Source: Escherichia coli (GTDB lineage Bacteria; Pseudomonadota; Gammaproteobacteria; Enterobacterales; Enterobacteriaceae). Taken from it: a DNA stretch of 32,000 nt. Shown here piece after piece: positions 10,802 through 19,986 of the stretch. The stretch lies in the NCBI RefSeq assembly GCF_024700815.2, contig NZ_CP117013.1, one strand, 5' to 3'. The notes below the pieces were generated by a model. It was not told the origin of the DNA, ran no database searches, and saw nothing but the letters and a program-made list of their open reading frames with translations. Both the position numbers and the translations under genes were made by a program. The number at the start of each line of letters is the position of its first letter. Within the stretch, counting starts at the first letter, position 1.

Positions 10802-11101
10802 TTAACAACCGGAGCATTGCTTTTTCCTGGGGAGACAGATCATCTTTAAAATACCCTTACGATAAATAAGCAGTAATCTGATCTCATAATGTTTAACCTG
10901 ATGAAAGTAAATAACCCTGACACCAGCACGTTTCCCCTTTCCTCCTGACACCCATCGAACCTTTCTTAACCCACCAGTTTCAGGTATTACCTCACCATAG
11001 TCAGGATTCAAGGCCAGGAAAAACTGAAAACGACTGAATTCATCGTCGGTCAGCAGTTTTTGAACATCTTCAGTAAAAATTTCCGTTTCGATGAAGAGCA
11101 T
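10802..11101 (-). CDS. RelE/HigB-type toxin with frameshifted C-terminus, possible pseudogene
   Basis: MLFIETEIFTEDVQKLL...GGLRKVRWVSGGKGKRAGVRVIYF...RLLLIYRKG then ILKMICLPRKKQCSGC*; the alternative frame gives KDDLSPQEKAMLRLLNTRW*, the expected family C-terminus. Confidence 0.75.
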   Translation of the reverse strand: MLFIETEIFTEDVQKLLTDDEFSRFQFFLALNPDYGEVIPETGGLRKVRWVSGGKGKRAGVRVIYFHQVKHYEIRLLLIYRKGILKMICLPRKKQCSGC

Positions 11102-11317
11102 AATTATACGCCATTGGCTTAGAGTAACAATCCTTTTTGTACGTCATTGACGTACCCTTGAAACCACTAGCTTACTGATAGTGCTCCAGCAAAACCACGT
11201 CTCTGCCGGGTTTGTCTTTACATTTGCGAGGCGCTTTCCAGATTTTTCACGCCCGTGAATTTCCCTGTATCCATCCAGCAAAAACGGGTGTATAAAACTG
11301 TACATTCATACAGCAAA

Positions 11318-12238
11318 ATGAGTTCTACTATGGCACTGGAAAAAGGAATTGCAGAGTTAGTCGAAGAGTTTATCGCTGCGGGTCGCCCCTCATCGCGTCA
11401 ACAAAGTATTGCGCAGCGCAGGGAGGGCTATATCGCCAGCGCTGTCCTTGCGGGTGAGACAGAAACGCGGGTAGATATTCAGACTATCGAACTTGAAGGG
11501 ATGATCTTACGAATAGTGTCACCGCTGAATGCCCCGACATTACTCCCGACGATAATTTATTACTACGGTGGCTGTTTTGTTAGCGGCGGGTTCGCAACTC
11601 ACGACAACCAGCTGCGCCAGTTAGCCTATTACGGGCAATGTCGGGTTATTGCCGTCCAGTATCGGCTGGCACCGGAACAGACTTTCCCCGCCGCCCATGA
11701 TGATGCGCAACGAGGTGCAGAATTAGTCTGGCAACACGCCGAACGACTCGGCGTTGATAAACAACGGATAACTCTTGCCGGTGACAGTGCGGGCGGACAT
11801 CTGGCGCTGGTAACTGCTTTGCGATTAAAGCGTGCTGGCGAGTGGCAACCGGCACAACTCATCTTAATTTATCCCATGCTTGATGCGACTGCGCATTTCG
11901 AAAGCTACATACGCAATGGTCACGATTACATCATCACACGCGACACTTTACTGAGCGGCTTTGAGATGTATCTGCCAGGCATTGAACGCAGGCATCCTGA
12001 AGCCAGCCCTCTTTGGCGCGATGATTTCAATGGCTTGCCACCTGTACATATCATTACCGCTGAATACGACCCACTTTGCGATGAAGGTGAAGCGTTGTAT
12101 CACCGCATGACAGGGCAAGGAGTGCAATGCACCTGCCAACGCTACCTTGGCGTTATCCACGGATTTTTTCAGTTAGGTGGTATCAGTGAGGCTGCGCGAT
12201 CGGCGCTGCGGGATGTGGCCTGGAGAGCGGGAAGGTAA
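11318..12238 (+). CDS. Alpha/beta hydrolase, HSL-like esterase family (start uncertain, ORF opens at 11255)
   Basis: GDSAGG nucleophile elbow, YDPLCDEGE acid region, IHGFFQ histidine; YYGGCF in place of the usual HGGGF. Confidence 0.8.
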   Translation: MSSTMALEKGIAELVEEFIAAGRPSSRQQSIAQRREGYIASAVLAGETETRVDIQTIELEGMILRIVSPLNAPTLLPTIIYYYGGCFVSGGFATHDNQLRQLAYYGQCRVIAVQYRLAPEQTFPAAHDDAQRGAELVWQHAERLGVDKQRITLAGDSAGGHLALVTALRLKRAGEWQPAQLILIYPMLDATAHFESYIRNGHDYIITRDTLLSGFEMYLPGIERRHPEASPLWRDDFNGLPPVHIITAEYDPLCDEGEALYHRMTGQGVQCTCQRYLGVIHGFFQLGGISEAARSALRDVAWRAGR

Positions 12239-12339
12239 CTCCTGAGCAGCGGCACTATGCCGCTTTCACAGGAGTTCTGAATGCTGGTGCTTTCTGTATG
12301 GCTTCGCCATGCCCCTCGCGGCTAAGTGCCTGCGCACAT
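12237..12339 (-). repeat. Copy 2 of the leader-hairpin repeat, orphaned at the 3' end of the esterase gene
   Basis: AACTCCTGAGCAGCGGCACTATGCCGCTTTCACAGGAGTTCTGAATGCTGGTGCTTTCTGTATGGC...GGCTAAGTGCCTGC-GCACAT aligned to copy 1. Confidence 0.85.
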
Positions 12340-12405
12340 CTCTCTTTGTATGTCATTTTTGCAATGCATTGGCCGAATTCTGGTAATTCTAATGAGTTTT
12401 ACTCT

Positions 12406-14220
12406 TCAGACTCCCATCCCTACGGTATACGAGCTAGATTCATGAATGAAATCGACATTTTTAAAAAACGAATCTTGTAAAACATCCGTGTTGATATTAC
12501 CTTGCAACCCAACATTAAATTTGTTAGAGAGATGAAGAACTCGAATATCAAAAAGGTCTTTTAACATCATTAATTCTTTGGCTGTTAATGAATCGCAACT
12601 AAAATATCCCTGTTGATCAAAAAGCTTTTCTATTTCTCTACCATCGGCGAGGCGTTTTTCAAGGAGTGTTTGCAACATCGAGTTGCCAAGGACAATGGAT
12701 ATCGTGCGATCTTTCGCAGATTTACACCCCATCACAACGGCAACATTCGTATCCCCCTCAGGAGCTTCATTTATCGCCGTCGCTAAAATGGTGGTCAAAC
12801 ACGCAAACGGAACTGTATTTCTTTCGTGATTTAATTTATCTACCAGTTCATTCCATTTATCAAAAGCCGGGCTATATTTGTTGCGCACAGTAATATCCGA
12901 TTGGTTAAACAATTCAGCCATGCGATTTTTTATCATCTCGATATCCGGCGAACCAGAAAGACTTTGCGCATAATACGGTCCTGATGATGTTGCATACATT
13001 AAAGCCGAGCCCACACCTGTCGCCATGATGGGCGCAGCCACGGTTTTGGCAAGGGCGACGCTGCGATGGCTATGCGCTTCACAGGCTAAAGGAACATACT
13101 CCACTAGCTGCGGTAATTCCTTACATGCCTCCCTCATCGTTGCGGTATGCTTTACAAACAACGGTTTTTCACTGCCCAAAAAAACCTTCTGCTTAATTGC
13201 ACTAAGAAAACGTAAATCCAAAATGATTGTTTTTGGTTTATTATTTTTTGGCACATTTCCTATTATCCCGCTAAGAACCTTCCTTGCTGCATGGAGATTT
13301 TTTTGCACAGCACATAACACAATTGACGAAGCCTTCTCTACTGCATTATTGATTTTAATTTTAAAATCTGCATGATATACGTTGACGGGCAATGCAAGTA
13401 TATCTTCCCCTACATCTTTGGCTGAGTATTTATTTGTGATCGACGGTCGTGAATCCACGAGAAAACTTAGCTGCAAATTATGCTCTATATTACCAGCTGT
13501 TTTTGTAGTGTGATTAAACATAGAGATGCCACCTCTCATTCTTTCACACATATCCTCAACTTTTTCACTTCGTTCTTGAGGCAATTTGGCTTTAACGTTA
13601 ATTTGATGATTTTTACCCGTGCATTCCTTAACTACAAGAGGAATGTTATCTAAAGTGCCATACAGGCTAATAACGTCACCAGGATTTTTATCATGTAAGT
13701 AAGTTTGATTAATACTCGAAGCATTCACAAAGAGGTCAATATTATAACTGTTTATAACTTCACCTACATCAAATGTGTAGTGCTTACTCTGGAGGCTGCC
13801 ATCCTTGTTTAATTGTATATCAATCAATATATCCCCGGACTTTGTCACCATATCTTTGCCATAAACCATTTGCATAGCCATTTCGAGGAGATTTTTATCT
13901 AACTGATTGCGGGCGTTGAGTAAGCGACTACCAAATAATTTATATACTGTTCCCGTCATTGCCAGCGCTGCACTTTCTGGTACTTTGCGTTTCCACAGTG
14001 AGGTTTCTTTATTTTTAAACAGGTCATATTTATTATTACTCGACAACCCGAGTTTAAGTTCGTTAACACAATCGCAAAGTTGCTCCTCACCTTCCATTTT
14101 AAGGCGATGTGAAAAATCATTTAATAGCGTTTGCTTCGGTGATTCATTACTCATTAGCTGTTTTTCTAAATTAACAATAGAATAACTTTCTTGTTTAATG
14201 AGATTAATATTGGCAACCAT
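12406..14220 (-). CDS. SopB/IpgD-like inositol phosphate phosphatase, putative type III effector homologue (604 aa)
   Basis: CX5R motif MGCKSAKDRT resembles the SopB/IpgD/SigD catalytic CKSGKDRT. GGAGG SD precedes ATG at 14220. AT-rich relative to flanking backbone. Confidence 0.65.
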   Translation of the reverse strand: MVANINLIKQESYSIVNLEKQLMSNESPKQTLLNDFSHRLKMEGEEQLCDCVNELKLGLSSNNKYDLFKNKETSLWKRKVPESAALAMTGTVYKLFGSRLLNARNQLDKNLLEMAMQMVYGKDMVTKSGDILIDIQLNKDGSLQSKHYTFDVGEVINSYNIDLFVNASSINQTYLHDKNPGDVISLYGTLDNIPLVVKECTGKNHQINVKAKLPQERSEKVEDMCERMRGGISMFNHTTKTAGNIEHNLQLSFLVDSRPSITNKYSAKDVGEDILALPVNVYHADFKIKINNAVEKASSIVLCAVQKNLHAARKVLSGIIGNVPKNNKPKTIILDLRFLSAIKQKVFLGSEKPLFVKHTATMREACKELPQLVEYVPLACEAHSHRSVALAKTVAAPIMATGVGSALMYATSSGPYYAQSLSGSPDIEMIKNRMAELFNQSDITVRNKYSPAFDKWNELVDKLNHERNTVPFACLTTILATAINEAPEGDTNVAVVMGCKSAKDRTISIVLGNSMLQTLLEKRLADGREIEKLFDQQGYFSCDSLTAKELMMLKDLFDIRVLHLSNKFNVGLQGNINTDVLQDSFFKNVDFIHESSSYTVGMGV

Positions 14221-14635
14221 TACAGCCTCCTTCCCACGGTTTAAGAGCAAACATGCCACATAATTATTTACAACATCCAGAAGCAGTAAATGAATGATAC
14301 TGACAATGACGCCAGCCCATTATCTTTGCATAATGTTTGTTAGCTATAGACTTTAAAAATATTTATGAGAAAAGTATGGCACCAGAGAGGGTTTTGACTA
14401 TCAAAAATCGCTCAAATCTGAACTAATATTATGAATTAAGCATTATCGGCGATAATAGCCACTCAGCTCTACAAATAATATTTAAATGCTCCTGAACAGT
14501 GATGTAGCAAGACACGTATGGTGCCAACGAAGAATAAAAATTTATAGAGTTCTTATTCAATATAACCGGAATAGTCAGAGGCTAATGTAAATGACCTGAA
14601 TGAGTGAGAGAGGCAACACCGCCCCTCTCCATCAG

Positions 14636-15625
14636 CTACTCTTCTTCGTTCCCGCCCTCTTCATACGGGCCAAATGGCTTCGCAGGCAGAACGATATACG
14701 TCCCTTCAAACACCGCGCCCGGCGTCTCGTCGCCAAAGATTTCGACCTGCATTTGCACCCGTGCTTTTCGTCCGCGCGCCAGACGGTCGAGATCGCCGCT
14801 TAAGGCACCGAGGTCGGCTACCGCATGAGGTTTACCGCTAATCGGCTTGCTGTAGCGAATATGCGCATCCGCCAGAATAATCGTTCCGCCGAGGTGGCGT
14901 TCACGCAGCATCAGCCAGATAAGCCCCCAACCGGTGAGCGTTGCCAGTGAGAATAAACTCCCGGCAAACAGCGTATGGTGCGGATTCTGATTGCCGGTTT
15001 CCGGCATGGTGGTGATAAATTTTTGCCCGGTATATTGCTGAATGCGCACGCCCATTTTTTCGCTTAGCGGGATATGTTCGTACCACGCCTGCTGAAGCTG
15101 GGCGCACCAGTCGCCGCGATGCAAAATATCATCCAGAGTGGCGACAGGTTTAATCATCAAAAAATGGCGAATCGGCGTGGTGGTTGGCGTGGTGATTTCT
15201 CCCTGATTAACAAACCCCAGCTTGGCGAAAAACTCCACCGCGTCTTCGCGGGCGCTACAGGTCACGCGCTTAACACCTTCCTGACGCGCCACAGATTCGA
15301 GGGTCATCGCCATCAGCGTTCCTAACCCTTTGTCCTGCACGTCGGGATGAACGGCCATAAAGCGAATGGACGCTTCATTGTCGGCATTAATATACAGTCG
15401 GCCTACCGCCACCAGATTACCCTGCTCGTCGACGACCATCTGGTGATGCGCCATCGCATCCCACGCGTCGCGTTCCGAACCTTTCGGTTGATGCAGGGGC
15501 TTACGCAACATTTCCCAGCGAAACTGATAGTAACGCTCTAACTCTTCTTCTGTTTGTGGAACCCGAAGGTGATACATAGCGATACTCTCTCTTGTTTCCC
15601 GTGACAAACCTGGAAGCTGGCTCAT
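14636..15625 (-). CDS. fabY: FabY/YiiD, acetyltransferase plus thioesterase-like domain
   Basis: 329-aa ORF recalled as YiiD; N-terminal GNAT and C-terminal hotdog regions. Confidence 0.95.
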
Positions 15626-16059
15626 ACCTGCAACCAGAATGTCACGGGGCCATCATTGACCAGCGATACCTGCATATCCGCAGCGAAGCGTCCTGTTTGC
15701 GTGTTCATCTCTTGCTGACGGCAGCGTTCGACGAAATAGTCATATAACGCCTCTGCGCGATCCGGTGATGCGCCTTTGGAGAAACTTGGGCGCATCCCCC
15801 GTTCGGTATCTGCGGCGAGGGTAAACTGGGAAACAACCAGTACACTGCCGCCCGCCTGTTGCACGTTGAGATTCATCTTGCCTTCGGCATCGCTAAAGAT
15901 GCGGTAGCCGAGCACACGCTCGCACAGACGGTTTGCTTTCTGTTCGTCGTCATCCTTTTCGACACCCAATAACACCAAAAGTCCCGCGCCAATTTCGCCC
16001 GTCACTTCTCCCTCCACGGTGACGCTGGCACGGGTTACGCGTTGAATTAATGCAATCAT
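15622..16059 (-). CDS. dtd: D-aminoacyl-tRNA deacylase
   Basis: 145 aa, SQFTLAADT and NDGPVTFWL motifs. Confidence 0.97.
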
Positions 16060-16928
16060 GGTTCGTCGTCTTCTTCTTGTTCAGCAGCTTGTTTTAATTT
16101 GCGGTATTCCCCGAGAGTGACAGTAATTTCCGCGCCAAGCAAGACGATACACCATGTCCAGTAGACCCAGACAAAGAGAATGGGGATCACCGCCAGCACG
16201 CCGTAAATGAGCTGATATGACGGGAACATGGTGATATAAAGCGCGAAACCTTTCTTTCCTGCTTCGAACAGGAGTGCAGCGACAAACGCGCCGACAATCG
16301 CGTCGCGGTTAGGTACGCGGATGGTAGGAACAATGCTGTACAGCAACCAGAAGGAGATCCACGACAACAGCAGCGGAAAAATACGCAGCACGTTGTCGAT
16401 GACAGTATTGAGATCGCTCGCCCAGCGCAGGGAGAGCAAATAGGAACTGATCGCCAGACTGGCCCCTGCCAGCAGCGGCCCCAGCGTTAAAATCATCCAG
16501 TACACGGCAAACGAGTAAATTTTTGGTCGCGCTCGTTTACTGCGCCAGATGGTATTCAACGCGCTATCGATGGAGTACATCAACAATAACGCGGTGACGA
16601 TCAGCCCGCACGCCCCAACGGCGGTCATCTTGTTGGAATTGGCAACAAATTGTTCGATATACCGCTGAATAACATCGCCAGTAGCAGGCAGAAAGTTGGC
16701 AAAAATAAAGTGACGCAACTGAATGCTGACGTCGGAAAACATGGGAAAAGCGGCGAAAAGCGCAAAAACAACGGCAACCAGCGGCACTAATGAGAGCAAC
16801 GACACATAGGCAAGGTTACCTGCCAGGGTTGTCATGTTGTCCTCATCAATGCGTTGCCAGAGTAGTTTTAGCCAGGCCCATAGTGGACGGGTACGGTGCC
16901 TGGCTTTGTCCTGAATGGTTTTTAGCAT
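16056..16928 (-). CDS. yihY: YihY/BrkB family inner membrane protein
   Basis: 290 aa multi-TM; neighbours match. Confidence 0.96.
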
Positions 16929-17521
16929 AACACCTTCGCGAAATAGTCCGGGATGGTGGTTTTATCTTTCACCAGAATACTGGTAATGCCTAGCTGATTC
17001 GCTCCTTCTATATTATCGGCGTTATCGTCGAAAAAGACCGTATCGCTGGGTGAAAAACCTTCTGCCTGCAAAACATGCTGATAAATTCGTGCTTCAGGTT
17101 TGCGCATCCCCAGATCTTGCGACAGATAGATATGGTCAGCAGCATCACGGATTTCCGGGTATTCCTCCGGCCAGAAGGTAGTATGCAGGCGGTTAGTATT
17201 GGAAAGCACCACCACGCGATGCCCCTGCTCACGCAGTTTATGCATGATGGCGATCACTTCCGGGCGCAGCGCAACAAACACCGCCTGCCAGCCGTGAGAG
17301 AACTGCTCGTAGCTTAGCGGCAGGGCCATCTCATGACACAGCGCCTCTGCGAACGCTTCGTCGCTAATTTCCCCACGCTCATGCTGATGAAACGCCTCGC
17401 CCATGTGGAAACTCTTCTTAAGCGTAGCCAGTGGAACACGCGTTAAATCGCTCCAGGCTCCCAGCACACGGTTAAAGTCGATATCGACAATCACATTACC
17501 TAAATCAAAGATATAGAGCAT
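16922..17521 (-). CDS. yihX: HAD phosphatase YihX (alpha-D-glucose-1-phosphate phosphatase)
   Basis: [20 protein letters not shown] motifs I-IV. Confidence 0.95.
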
Positions 17522-17610
17522 TTTTGCCTCCTTTCGCGCCACAAGAAATTAACTGTAGCGGGAAAGGATGGGTTTGGCTATGTGGCAATAAGGGTAATCT
17601 TGTGATGCTG

Positions 17611-17651
17611 ATTGCGAAAAAGCAGAGTAATTTCACTGGCTTTTTCGCAAT
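17611..17651. terminator. Rho-independent-like hairpin at the end of the variant yih cluster
   Basis: ATTGCGAAAAAGC ... GCTTTTTCGCAAT, 13-bp perfect arms, 15-nt loop. Confidence 0.65.
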
Positions 17652-17661
17652 AGATGAATGG

Positions 17662-18549
17662 TTAAGATTCAGGTGTAAATTGCCAACGAGTTTCGATGAC
17701 CAGCGGCTTATCTGGTGTCACAAATTCCGGCGTTAGATTTATTGCGTTAGGTGCCTGAGTCAGCGGGTTAATACAGGTGGCATCGGGCTGTTTATCAAAT
17801 ACCACCAGACTGTTTGCAGAAGAGGTCATGGTCATCGCGAGTTTACCAGGCCACAGTAACTTAACCTTCACCCCGTCATAAAAACCAAAACAGTCATCCC
17901 AGGGACCGACTTGAGGAGAGATACGATTTCCAGTTGGCAGTTCATCACTACCCGCTTCTTCTTGCCAGTCCGCATCAAAAAGCACCTGCAACGATTCTGT
18001 ATTTTGCGGAGTCAGCTTTTTCGCAAACCACGGATGCCAGCCTGCGGAGGCCGGGAATGTATCGGCATGTGAATGGACTTCCAGTTGCAAAACCAGCGCA
18101 TCGTTCTCCAGCAAAAAAGTCTGAATCACTTCCCCTTGCCAGGGCCACGGTGAAGCCAGGGGCATACGTAAAGTCAGGGAATCTGCTGTTTTGTCGATGA
18201 TTTCCCACGTTGAGTAACAAGCCATACCATGCAACGCATGTGGTGGTTTATTGGCGGGTAAAGAATAACATTGCCCACCAGCATTCAGCGTCGCATTCCC
18301 CAGTCGCCCTGCCCACGGCACCATTGGGAAACAGCCATACTGAAAAGCTCTGCGCTGCGGCTGCCATTGGCGTAATACTTCAGAACCAAATGCCTTTAAC
18401 GAGGTTATCCTGGCACCATCATGCGGATAAATCTGCAGGTGAATATTGCCTTTTTCCAGCGTCACTAACTCTCCTACAGGCCCAGGCCATGGCGCGTCAA
18501 ACGCCTGTTGTAGCGCCAGGTAATGCTCGTTTTTTCGTTCAGTTTTCAT
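17662..18549 (-). CDS. Aldose 1-epimerase (mutarotase)-like protein
   Basis: FPMVPWAGRLGN, LHGMACYSTWEI and ASAGWHPWF motifs; start overlaps the upstream gene stop. Confidence 0.85.
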   Translation of the reverse strand: MKTERKNEHYLALQQAFDAPWPGPVGELVTLEKGNIHLQIYPHDGARITSLKAFGSEVLRQWQPQRRAFQYGCFPMVPWAGRLGNATLNAGGQCYSLPANKPPHALHGMACYSTWEIIDKTADSLTLRMPLASPWPWQGEVIQTFLLENDALVLQLEVHSHADTFPASAGWHPWFAKKLTPQNTESLQVLFDADWQEEAGSDELPTGNRISPQVGPWDDCFGFYDGVKVKLLWPGKLAMTMTSSANSLVVFDKQPDATCINPLTQAPNAINLTPEFVTPDKPLVIETRWQFTPES

Positions 18550-19888
18550 GAGATTGTTCCCTGATGTAGCGGTAAGAAGCGGTTTCTTGTTCATCGGTCG
18601 GCTCAATCAGCCAGACGCAAACAAAGGAAAGAACTGAGACAGCAAATAAAAACAGAGCGACATACCACGGTTTTCCTCCCCCTAGCGCCAGCAAACTTGA
18701 GGCGATAAGGGGGCTTAGTCCGCCAAGAATCGCGGAAAATTGATAAGCAAAAGAAAGGCCGGTATATCGTACTTTGGTACCGAACATGCGGGTGAAAAGT
18801 GTTGGCTGCACGGCAAACATCATCGTCGGACCTAAGTTGTAGCCGAGGATCATACTGCACCAGATGATGAGCGTACTTTTGCTATCCAGTAATAAGAAGA
18901 AAGGAAACGCGAACAGGACACAAAATCCAGCTCCCGACAAATACAGACTTTTTTGACCTATACGATCTGATAACCATCCAACCAATGGACAACTGAAAAT
19001 ACCGATCGCCGAGGCAATCAACATACCCGTCAGGGGAATATCTCGCGACAATGCTAATTGGCTGGAAATATAGACAATACCAAAGGCGTTAATAATATTA
19101 GAGGAGACACTTTCCGCCAGCCTCGCACCCAGTGCCAATAAAATATTTCGTGGATGTTTTTTGAATAATTCAATCAACGGAGGAACGGACTTTTCTTTAT
19201 TATTCGTCGTTTTTTGCTTTTGAAAATCCAGCGTTTCTTCGGTATGCAGGCGGATAAACAGCCCAACGATCAACATCACCGCAGAAAGCCAAAACGGAAT
19301 GCGCCATCCCCAGGAGAGAAACTGCTCCGAAGTAAGAAAATGGTTACAGAGAGCAAAAATACCGGTTGCCAGCATAATACCCACAGACGCAGCCGTTTGC
19401 GGGAGTGAACCTAAAAATCCGCGTCGGGATTCGGGCGCTGATTCTATGGTCATCAATGCCGCTCCGCCGTACTCGCCACCAAGACCAAAGCCCTGAATTA
19501 AACGTAGCACCATTAATATGAGCGGTGCCCAGATCCCAATTTCCTGATACGTCGGAATAAAACCAATCAAAAATGTGGAGCATCCGACAATAGCCAGCGT
19601 CCAGATAAGCGTTATTTTTCGCCCGATTTTATCGCCAAAATGACCAAAGACGATGCCACCTAAAGGACGAGTCAGAAAACCGACACCAAAGGTCGCAAAG
19701 GAAGCTATAAGACCTATAAAAGGATCGCTGTCTGGATAAAACAGCGGTGCAAATACCAGTCCTGCTGCCGTGCCAAAAATAAAAAAGTCATACCATTCCA
19801 TTAACGCGCCTGCGAAACTGCCCATAACGACACGTCTCATGGCTTTACCGGAAAGCCCTTCACGCGGTGCGGGTAACTTTTCAGACAT
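18539..19888 (-). CDS. MFS transporter, metabolite:H+ symporter (MHS)-like family
   Basis: SFAGALMEWYDFFIFGTAAGLVFAPLFYP and FGHFGDKIGRK signatures; 449 aa. Confidence 0.85.
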   Translation of the reverse strand: MSEKLPAPREGLSGKAMRRVVMGSFAGALMEWYDFFIFGTAAGLVFAPLFYPDSDPFIGLIASFATFGVGFLTRPLGGIVFGHFGDKIGRKITLIWTLAIVGCSTFLIGFIPTYQEIGIWAPLILMVLRLIQGFGLGGEYGGAALMTIESAPESRRGFLGSLPQTAASVGIMLATGIFALCNHFLTSEQFLSWGWRIPFWLSAVMLIVGLFIRLHTEETLDFQKQKTTNNKEKSVPPLIELFKKHPRNILLALGARLAESVSSNIINAFGIVYISSQLALSRDIPLTGMLIASAIGIFSCPLVGWLSDRIGQKSLYLSGAGFCVLFAFPFFLLLDSKSTLIIWCSMILGYNLGPTMMFAVQPTLFTRMFGTKVRYTGLSFAYQFSAILGGLSPLIASSLLALGGGKPWYVALFLFAVSVLSFVCVWLIEPTDEQETASYRYIREQSHEN

Positions 19889-19986
19889 AATTTTCCTCTC
19901 CTGGTAGGCGAGAAATCTGGGATACGAACCACTAAACGTGGGCAGTTTGAATTAATGCGCATCGGCTTAAACCGATGCGCATTAAA

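Noticed and set aside
14260-14635. Possible small RNA or regulatory element between the SopB-like gene and fabY
   Set aside because: AT-rich intergenic sequence with no convincing hairpin, promoter or conserved motif that I could support by eye.
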